Positions 9,954-16,316 of a DNA stretch of 39,897 nucleotides are shown in pieces. A program made the translations under genes and the position numbers. Position 1 is the stretch's first letter; each line of letters opens with the position of its first letter. The notes below the pieces were generated by a model. The model did not search any database and was not told the origin of the DNA. It saw only the letters and a program-made list of their open reading frames with translations. The DNA is from a bacterium (lineage in GTDB: Bacteria > AUK180), in contig JAUXGM010000001.1 of the NCBI GenBank assembly GCA_030622125.1, positions 1-39,897 on the forward strand, in the 5' to 3' direction.

Positions 9954-10718
9954 ATGAAGCGATTTTTTTTAGTCTTAATTTTGTTGTTGTCTTTCATCTC
10001 ACCAAAAACAGATGAAAATTCTATGCATAGAAAGAATCCTTTTTTTTCAGGAAGTCTTTCCTGGTACTATCCCGGACTTGGGCAACTTTACAATGGAAAG
10101 ATATTGAAAAGCGGACTCTTTTTTTCAATTGAGTTAGCAACTTCTTATATTGCAATAAATATGGTAAGTGATCTTTCATTGAAAATGGAAGAAGGTATTA
10201 TCGTAAATCCCCATAGTACGGAAATTACTCGAAATCAAAGAAACTGGGCAATCGGGCTGGCTACCTTTACGGCACTTCTGCATATCTACAATATCTATGA
10301 CGCTATTAATGATTCAATAAAACTTAATCTTACCGAAGGGAAACAATTAAAAGAAGAACATGTTAATTCTATTTTTCCCGCTCTGTCCTCATTTATTATG
10401 CCGGGATCCGGTCAGATGTTTAATGGTAAATTTAAAAAGGGTTCGGAACTTATTTTTTATCAATTACTCTTTAAACTGTGGAAAATATATATTGATTATG
10501 ATTTTAGAAATAGATACGATCCCGACATAAATGCTATAAATTGGCACGACCTAAATGATAATGATCAAATAACCTTGTTATCATACTATACGATGCATCT
10601 TCTTTTCAGATTCTATAGTGCCTACGATGCCTATACTATCAATGAAAAGAAATTACAACTTAGTTTGGTTCAAAATTCACGGAAGAATAGTCTTTTAGCA
10701 TTTGGAATAAGGTTTTGA
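9954..10718 (+). CDS. Membrane protein with two PGxGQxxNGK motifs (DUF5683-like by recollection)
   Basis: N-terminal signal/anchor segment. The motif is duplicated: YPGLGQLYNGKILKSG and MPGSGQMFNGKFKKGS. Hydrophobic segments present. The family name is tentative. Confidence 0.5.
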   Translation: MKRFFLVLILLLSFISPKTDENSMHRKNPFFSGSLSWYYPGLGQLYNGKILKSGLFFSIELATSYIAINMVSDLSLKMEEGIIVNPHSTEITRNQRNWAIGLATFTALLHIYNIYDAINDSIKLNLTEGKQLKEEHVNSIFPALSSFIMPGSGQMFNGKFKKGSELIFYQLLFKLWKIYIDYDFRNRYDPDINAINWHDLNDNDQITLLSYYTMHLLFRFYSAYDAYTINEKKLQLSLVQNSRKNSLLAFGIRF

Positions 10719-11212
10719 AAAGAATAATTTTCTTATTAGTCCTAACTGTATTACCGCTTTGTTATGCAGCATCCAATGTTTCTCTCTTTATTGCCCCATA
10801 CAAGGATAATATAGAGATAACGGTAACTGCACGAAGCATCATTTCAAAAGATATTATCGCTTCACTAAAATCAGGAGAAAAAATTAAAATCGAATATACC
10901 GTCTTTGAAAAAAAAGTCTTTAAAAAAAAAGTTTTTTATAAAAAAAAAGTTACCTTTAAATATGACATAATCAACAATATTTATATATTAAAGGAGAAAA
11001 AAACGATTCGGTATTACAAAGATTTTAAGAAGCTTGAAAAAGATGTTTCCACCTTTATTGCAAAGATAAAGAAAAAGGATTATGATGAAAGGAAACTTTA
11101 CGGTAATATACATATTAAAGGAATGTCAATTACCGGCGTATTCGCCATTATTTACAAGGTGTTTTTTGATCTTGATTACATAATAGAATTCCCGATTAAA
11201 AGGATAATATGA
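10715..11212 (+). CDS. Secreted protein, DUF4390-like (tentative)
   Basis: Signal peptide (MKRIIFLLVLTVLPLCYA). TTG start overlapping the upstream TGA. Lies immediately upstream of, and overlapping, an NtrY-like kinase, which is the usual DUF4390 context. Confidence 0.45.
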   Translation: MKRIIFLLVLTVLPLCYAASNVSLFIAPYKDNIEITVTARSIISKDIIASLKSGEKIKIEYTVFEKKVFKKKVFYKKKVTFKYDIINNIYILKEKKTIRYYKDFKKLEKDVSTFIAKIKKKDYDERKLYGNIHIKGMSITGVFAIIYKVFFDLDYIIEFPIKRII

Positions 11213-13125
11213 AAGGGACAAAAAGAAATTTTATCTACGCTATTTTTCTTGCATTTGTGTTGATCATATTCCCTATTCTATCAAAAAAGATCCTTTTTAT
11301 CCTTGAAGGCAACAATCAACAGCTTGCTCACTACCTTATTTTTCAGTTCATAGCACTTTTTATAATTATAGCCGCCCTTTTATTTGTTGTACTTAAAAGT
11401 GTTTTATATTATTTTTATGAGAATAAAAAGAAACTCATGGGAAGACGGATAAATAGAAAATTTTCCGTTATAATATTTATCCTGATCTTTTTTGTTTCAG
11501 TTCCTTTTATTATTTACAATCTTTATTTTACCAATTTTCTCTTAAAACAATGGGGCGGAAAGGTTCTTGAATCCTCCATAACTTCCAGTGTTAAATTTTC
11601 TCAAAAACATATAGAGAGCTCAGTAAATGAAATTATTTTTAAGATAGATCATCTTGATAAAAAAGAATTGGAAAAATATAATATACACTTATCATCAGAA
11701 GAATTTGAACTCAAAAAAGATACGGGACGATATGAGAATGGAAAGATCTATTTATCTCATAACGGTGCAGTGTATGAAACCGACCTTTCTGCTGATGAGA
11801 TAGATTTTTTTAGAACATTGGATAAAAACTATAATTCTTTCAAAAAAGATATAAGTTTTAGAAAAAGAGCATCAAAATTATTTCTTGCTATTTCCATCAT
11901 TGTTATTACCGTATTGCTTTTTGCTATTACATTTTGGATCGCTAAATTTCTTGGTAAAGATATCATTTTATCAATTGAGAAACTTCTTGAAGGAACTATG
12001 GAATTGCAAAATGGGAACTTTGATGTTAAGATACAAAAAGTATCGGATGATGAATTGGGCTTGCTTATTGATAGATTCAATGAAATGAGCCTGATCTTGA
12101 AAAGGAATCAGAATAATCTTGAAAATTTAAAGAGCGAAATTGAAAAGGAAAGGGATTTTCAGAAATTGATCCTTTCACTTATCAATACCGGCATTATAAT
12201 CATAAATAAGAAAAATACAATTATTTTTGAAAATCAAACATATAAAAATATAAAAAATGCAACAAGAGAAAAAGAAAAATTCAGACAGATATTATTTCAG
12301 ATCGTAGATGATTATAAAAGAAATAATATAAACAAAAAAAGGATCCGTTTTAAAGATCATTTCTATCAGATAATGCTCATTCCCTTTACATATACATATA
12401 GAGGTTACATAATAATAATAGAAGATGTTACGGAATTATTACATCTCAGACAGGGTGAGATATGGCAGGAAATGGCAAAACAGCTTATGCATGAGCTAAA
12501 GAATCCGCTGACTCCGATATCCCTTTCAATCGAACGATTAAAAAGGAAATTTATTGACGGATCGGTAGATTTTAATGATATTTTTATTGAAAATCTTGAT
12601 ATGATCAAAGAAGAGGTTGAACGATTATCAAGGTTATTAAATCATTTCAATAATTTTGCAAGAATGCCGAAGGCTGTTTTTAAAGAATTTAATTTAAAAA
12701 AATTATTAACAAATTCAATAAAATTATATGAATTGGATCAAGAAAAAAATATTAAGATTCGATTTAATTATAATTGTAAAGATGAGATAATTTCCGGTGA
12801 TAAATTACTGTTCAAACAGGTTTTGGTGAATCTTTTTAAAAATAGTATAGAATCAATTGGAGAAAAATTAGGGGAAATCATTATTACCGTAAATGAAAAT
12901 GATGAATTTGTTACTATTCTTTTCAAGGATAACGGAATTGGTATCAAGAAAGAAGAATTGAGCAAGATATTTGATCTCTACTATTCAAAAAAGAAGGGTG
13001 GAACAGGGCTTGGGCTTACAATGGTCAGAAGAATAATAGACGAGCATAGTGGAAATATTCGGGTTGAATCGACAGTTGGAAAGGGAACAACATTCAAAAT
13101 ACAATTGAGGAGACGAGCTATTTGA
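11209..13125 (+). CDS. Sensor histidine kinase, NtrY-like (TM-HAMP-PAS-HisKA-HATPase)
   Basis: N-terminal TM helices. HAMP (DELGLLIDRFNEMSLIL). H-box HELKNPLTPISLSIERL. G-boxes GGTGLGLTMVRRII and GKGTTFKIQL. Confidence 0.9.
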   Translation: MKGTKRNFIYAIFLAFVLIIFPILSKKILFILEGNNQQLAHYLIFQFIALFIIIAALLFVVLKSVLYYFYENKKKLMGRRINRKFSVIIFILIFFVSVPFIIYNLYFTNFLLKQWGGKVLESSITSSVKFSQKHIESSVNEIIFKIDHLDKKELEKYNIHLSSEEFELKKDTGRYENGKIYLSHNGAVYETDLSADEIDFFRTLDKNYNSFKKDISFRKRASKLFLAISIIVITVLLFAITFWIAKFLGKDIILSIEKLLEGTMELQNGNFDVKIQKVSDDELGLLIDRFNEMSLILKRNQNNLENLKSEIEKERDFQKLILSLINTGIIIINKKNTIIFENQTYKNIKNATREKEKFRQILFQIVDDYKRNNINKKRIRFKDHFYQIMLIPFTYTYRGYIIIIEDVTELLHLRQGEIWQEMAKQLMHELKNPLTPISLSIERLKRKFIDGSVDFNDIFIENLDMIKEEVERLSRLLNHFNNFARMPKAVFKEFNLKKLLTNSIKLYELDQEKNIKIRFNYNCKDEIISGDKLLFKQVLVNLFKNSIESIGEKLGEIIITVNENDEFVTILFKDNGIGIKKEELSKIFDLYYSKKKGGTGLGLTMVRRIIDEHSGNIRVESTVGKGTTFKIQLRRRAI

Positions 13126-13775
13126 AATGTCCTATTTGTCATCAAAAAATTAAAAAAGGCGAATTTATTTGCACGGAATGTCTTGAAAGGATCAAATATC
13201 ATCCGATCTTTACATGTAAAAAATGCAAAAAGAAACTGAACGGTGATTACGGTAAATGTACGGATTGTAAAAATACCGTTTTTTACTATGATGAACTCAC
13301 AATACTCGGATATTATGAACACTTAATGGGAGAATTTGTAAAAAGAATAAAATTTAAACAAGAAAGAAAATTAGCGATCGCACTCGGAAAGAAACTTGGA
13401 GAAAAAATTAAGGAGAAAAAGTGGGAATATGATTACATTATCCCTATTCCAATGAGTGCTGACAGATTTCATGAAAGAGGTTTTAATCAAGCTTATGAAA
13501 TAGCGAAAGGGGTCAATAAGATATTAGGATCTACCGTAAAAAATAATCTGATAAAGAAAAAAAATTTGCCACCCTTAGAGCAGAAAAATAGAAAAGAGAG
13601 AATAAAACTGATGAAAAATTCCTTTATTGCAAATAAAAAAAGTGTCATCTTAAAAAATAAGAATATCCTTATTATTGATGATGTTTATACAACCGGCACA
13701 ACTGTAAACACCCTTGCCGGATTGATCAAAAAGATCGGTGCAAACAAGATTTATGTTGGCGTGCTCGCAAGATAG
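13122..13775 (+). CDS. comF: ComF family protein (phosphoribosyltransferase-type)
   Basis: N-terminal CxxC...CxxC zinc-finger-like region, ERGFNQA motif and PRTase motif ILIIDDVYTTGTT. TTG start overlapping the kinase stop. Confidence 0.8.
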   Translation: MKCPICHQKIKKGEFICTECLERIKYHPIFTCKKCKKKLNGDYGKCTDCKNTVFYYDELTILGYYEHLMGEFVKRIKFKQERKLAIALGKKLGEKIKEKKWEYDYIIPIPMSADRFHERGFNQAYEIAKGVNKILGSTVKNNLIKKKNLPPLEQKNRKERIKLMKNSFIANKKSVILKNKNILIIDDVYTTGTTVNTLAGLIKKIGANKIYVGVLAR

Positions 13776-13804
13776 CATAAAAGAGGGACATACCTCAACA
13801 ACAA

Positions 13805-13832
13805 GAGGTTAGAAGTTGGAGGTTAGAGGTTA
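13805..13832. repeat. Heptamer tandem array GAGGTTA x4
   Basis: GAGGTTA GAAGTTG GAGGTTA GAGGTTA, read directly. Confidence 0.9.
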
Positions 13833-13860
13833 GTGAAAAACAATATTAATCTCCGTAACT

Positions 13861-13914
13861 AACAAAAGAGGGACATACCTCATCAAACTGATTTTTTTTG
13901 TTGAGATGTGTCCC
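13861..13914 (-). terminator. Terminator-like hairpin (repeat module D), read on the - strand
   Basis: Arms GGGACATACCTCATC (13870-13884) and GTTGAGATGTGTCCC (13900-13914), about 13/15 paired, with a 15-nt loop. On the - strand the hairpin is followed by CUCUUUUGUU. There is no T-run on the + strand. Confidence 0.55.
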
Positions 13915-13977
13915 GGACTCTTCATTAGATAACGATATACCACCCGAAAACGATATAGACAAGGCAATAAGGAAATA
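13908..13977. repeat. Intergenic repeat core, copy 1 (70-nt long form)
   Basis: GTGTCCCGGACTCTTCATTAGATAACGATATACCACCCGAAAACGATATAGACAAGGCAATAAGGAAATA. 66/70 identical to copy 5 (25093-25162) by hand alignment. Confidence 0.9.
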
Positions 13978-14048
13978 CAGAGGTTAGAGGCAGTAAATGG
14001 TTGAGAGTTAGAATGCAAGAGCATGTATAATATTTTTTCTTGATTTTT

Positions 14049-14086
14049 GACCTTGAACCTTTGAACTTTTTAACCTTTTAACCTTT
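14049..14086. repeat. Tandem array AACCTTn x5 (7-9-nt units), inverse orientation to the GAGGTTA arrays
   Basis: GACCTTG AACCTTT GAACTTTTT AACCTTTT AACCTTT..., read directly. Confidence 0.8.
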
Positions 14087-14116
14087 TTTTTTGGTGCGTC
14101 CCAAGAAAGTTGAGAT

Positions 14117-14186
14117 GTGTCCCGGATTCTTCCTTAGATAACGATATACCTCCCGAAAACAATATAGACAAGGCAATAAGGGAATA
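14117..14186. repeat. Intergenic repeat core, copy 2 (70-nt long form)
   Basis: 65/70 identical to copy 1 by hand alignment. Preceded by only the right hairpin arm (GTTGAGAT). Confidence 0.9.
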
Positions 14187-14204
14187 AGAGAATAAGGAAA
14201 TAAG
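14173..14204. repeat. Octamer tandem array nnAATAAG x4
   Basis: GCAATAAG GGAATAAG AGAATAAG GAAATAAG. Extends the 3' end of core copy 2. Confidence 0.85.
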
Positions 14205-14232
14205 TAAAACAATATTAATCTCCGTAACCCAT

Positions 14233-14284
14233 AAAAAGAGGGACATACCTCAACTTTGGATATTTTAAAGTTGAGATGTGTCCC
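14233..14284 (-). terminator. Terminator-like hairpin (repeat module D), read on the - strand
   Basis: Arms GGGACATACCTCAAC (14240-14254) and GTTGAGATGTGTCCC (14270-14284), 14/15 paired including one wobble, with a 15-nt loop. On the - strand it is followed by UCUUUUUAU. It lies ~140-190 nt downstream of the MFS stop codon. Confidence 0.6.
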
Positions 14285-14340
14285 GGACTCTACATTAGAT
14301 AACGATAAACCACCCGAAAACAATATAGCCAAAGGAAATA
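14278..14340. repeat. Intergenic repeat core, copy 3 (63-nt short form)
   Basis: Same core, but ending GCCAAAGGAAATA (7 nt shorter than the long form). Confidence 0.9.
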
Positions 14341-14348
14341 GAAAGACT

Positions 14349-14411
14349 GTGTCCCGGACTCTTCCTTAGATAACGATAGACCTCCCGAAAACGATATAGC
14401 CAAAGGAAATA
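14349..14411. repeat. Intergenic repeat core, copy 4 (63-nt short form)
   Basis: In tandem with copy 3 (71-bp period, linker GAAAGACT). Ends 9 nt from the MFS stop codon. Confidence 0.9.
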
Positions 14412-14420
14412 CCCTCCTCG

Positions 14421-15575
14421 TCATTCTGAGGCTTTGACCTTGCTTTTTTTGAAAAGCAGGATCTGAATTATAATTATCGGGAATGGGAGTAAAAAAATAA
14501 AGGGATATCCGAAAGAATTTTTTAAATAGATCAAAAGTGGTGGTGCTATTGCCGGAATAATTCCGGTCAATGTTCCAAAATAGCCAAAGACCTTGCCACG
14601 ATTTTTTTCATGACTCTCCGCAGCCAAAAGAACATTTATTGCAACCATTGAGGGTTGAATTGCCATCCAACCGATTATAAAAAAGATATCTATCTTAAAA
14701 ATTACCCATAAAAAAATAAAGATAAAATGAAATGTCTGCGAAAAGAAGAATTGCAAAAGTCCCCTTTTAGGAGTTATCTTGTTACCGATCAATAATAAGA
14801 AGAGACCGCCAAAACCTCCTCCGATCGCGAATAAGAGATTGATCTTTATCGGAGTTAGATTTTCAATTTCATTCATAAACATTGTTGGAAAAGGTCCGAA
14901 AAAAGTAAATTGTAATAGGACATAAAAAAATATTCCCGCTATTAAAAGCGGAAACAATTTTTTTGGCATTTTAAATCTTTTTTTATCAGAGATATTTTTT
15001 TTAACGGATAAATAATTTTCATCAAGAACACCAAATAGAGATATTAAAAATGCAATGGAAGCAAAAAATGCGGTAATAGTAAATAGATTTTGTATCGTTA
15101 ATCCTTTTTTGAGAAGAAAATACCCTAAAAGCGGACCAAGACTAAAACCAATTATCAGATTTGCTTGATACCTTGCAAAGGTATTTCCAAAATCATTTTT
15201 TGGAACTGAGTTTGCAAGAAGCCCGGTTAAAATAGGAAATTGTAAAGATGTTAAAAGAGCGTAAATAAAATAGATAAAGGAAAGTAAATAATAAGATCTT
15301 GTTATACTCATCAATAGAAATAAAAAGGGATATATTCCCTGTATAATGATAATGAGCTTTTTTTTTCTGAATTTATCCGCTAAATGCCCGCCTATCAATT
15401 GAAAGAGGCAAAATCCAATTGCATAAGCAGAATAGGAGATGCCGATAAAAAGATCGCTTGCACCTAACTCTTTTAAATAAACAGGAAGGAGATATGCCCA
15501 TGTCAATATTCCGATAACTATTAAAAATCGGATCGTAGGAATTGATATTTTATTTCGATTTGATCTTTGAATCAC
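14421..15575 (-). CDS. MFS transporter
   Basis: 384 aa, about 11-12 hydrophobic helices. MFS motif-A-like loop GGHLADKFRKKK. Confidence 0.8.
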   Translation of the reverse strand: MIQRSNRNKISIPTIRFLIVIGILTWAYLLPVYLKELGASDLFIGISYSAYAIGFCLFQLIGGHLADKFRKKKLIIIIQGIYPFLFLLMSITRSYYLLSFIYFIYALLTSLQFPILTGLLANSVPKNDFGNTFARYQANLIIGFSLGPLLGYFLLKKGLTIQNLFTITAFFASIAFLISLFGVLDENYLSVKKNISDKKRFKMPKKLFPLLIAGIFFYVLLQFTFFGPFPTMFMNEIENLTPIKINLLFAIGGGFGGLFLLLIGNKITPKRGLLQFFFSQTFHFIFIFLWVIFKIDIFFIIGWMAIQPSMVAINVLLAAESHEKNRGKVFGYFGTLTGIIPAIAPPLLIYLKNSFGYPFIFLLPFPIIIIQILLFKKSKVKASE

Positions 15576-16173
15576 TTTTCTTTCCTCGAATTAAAAAATA
15601 GAGTGTGGAAAAAAATAACCCTGCCAAATTGCCCCAAAAATTGTTGAAAAAATCGGTCATAAGATTTTCATACGGGTTGGTATTTCCAATATCACCGGGA
15701 CCAAGCAAAAACAATCCCTCTCCCCTACCAAATAATTTATACCCGGCAAATTCTACAAGTTCATTAAAAAGACCAACCCCAAGGGTTATCAAAAATGCCG
15801 TTACTAATATTTCAAAAAGTGGAAGATTGAATTTTCTCATATAATTAAAAGCGATCATTGCAATGATCAAACTTGAATATGTATGGACATAAGTATCATA
15901 TTCCAAACCAAAAAATGTCATCTTAAAAAATCCGAAAACACTAAAACAATGCATTAGAACAAGTAATGCAATTAATGTAAAAAGAAAATCGGTTAGATTT
16001 AAATTTCTTCTAATAAGATAAAGAAAAAACAAAACGATAGAAAGAATGACGGAGTCAACCGCCCATATCTTTCTATTAAGTATAAAAGCAAAGATAATGA
16101 CGATGATCAGTAAAAAGTAGGTTCCGATAAGTATTTTTTTTCCATTTCTCATACACCATTTTACAGTTTTCAT
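15550..16173 (-). CDS. Polytopic membrane protein (YjdF/DUF2238-like, tentative)
   Basis: 207 aa, 6-7 hydrophobic segments, FNELVEFAGYKLFG motif. No obvious SD. The family name is a weak recollection. Confidence 0.45.
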   Translation of the reverse strand: MKTVKWCMRNGKKILIGTYFLLIIVIIFAFILNRKIWAVDSVILSIVLFFLYLIRRNLNLTDFLFTLIALLVLMHCFSVFGFFKMTFFGLEYDTYVHTYSSLIIAMIAFNYMRKFNLPLFEILVTAFLITLGVGLFNELVEFAGYKLFGRGEGLFLLGPGDIGNTNPYENLMTDFFNNFWGNLAGLFFSTLYFLIRGKKSDSKIKSK

Positions 16174-16264
16174 TAAAAAAAATCAATAATTTTTGCAAAA
16201 TAAGAAATATATTGGATTTTCTTTGTGGTTAAAAAATCTTATTTCAAAAAAAATTGAAAAAAAA

Positions 16265-16293
16265 TTGACTTTTGAAAAAAAAAGTGTTATATT
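16265..16293 (+). promoter_or_regulatory. Sigma70-type promoter of the chemosensory cluster
   Basis: TTGACT (16265-16270), 17-nt spacer, TGT-TATATT extended -10 (16285-16293). GGAGG at 16308-16312 and ATG at 16317. 49/55 identical to the LysM gene promoter/leader. Confidence 0.6.
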
Positions 16294-16316
16294 ATAATAC
16301 AAAAAATGGAGGTATT

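Noticed and set aside
13870-13914. Integron attC-like site (AAC ... GTT inverted repeat)
   Set aside because: The AAC/GTT triplets sit at the loop-proximal ends of the stem, not at the outer R''/R' positions. The 7-mers do not fit RYYYAAC/GTTRRRY. No intI gene or cassette organisation is present.
13830-14332. - strand ORFs 13830..14024 (64 aa) and 14078..14332 (84 aa), and likewise 25069..25293, which share the peptide LLPCLY.FR.VY.YL.K.PGH
   Set aside because: They run through the intergenic repeat cores. Different core copies are read in different frames: copy 3 gives FSGGLSLSNVESGTH, while copy 2 gives LLPCLYCFREVYRYLRKNPGH within the same ORF. There is no RBS. Substitutions between copies show no codon-position pattern. 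The shared peptide is a by-product of DNA repeats.
13776-14420. CRISPR array
   Set aside because: The repeat units are 63-70 nt with irregular spacing (209, 161 and 71 bp). The 'spacers' are themselves repeated modules. No cas genes or leader are present.
14436-14460. Palindrome TGCTTTT-TTTG-AAAAGCA near the MFS 3' end as a terminator
   Set aside because: It lies inside the MFS coding sequence upstream of its stop codon. It has an AT-rich 7-bp stem, and the repeat-encoded hairpin downstream is a much better terminator candidate.
16272-16316. N-terminal extensions MKKKVLYYNTKNGGI (MCP) and MEKKVLYYNIKNGGV (LysM protein, 33457-33501) suggested by the ORF track
   Set aside because: These codons are the -10 region, 5'UTR and RBS of a duplicated promoter cassette read in frame. 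Internal ATGs at 16317 and 33456 have GGAGG at proper spacing and give normal N-termini.
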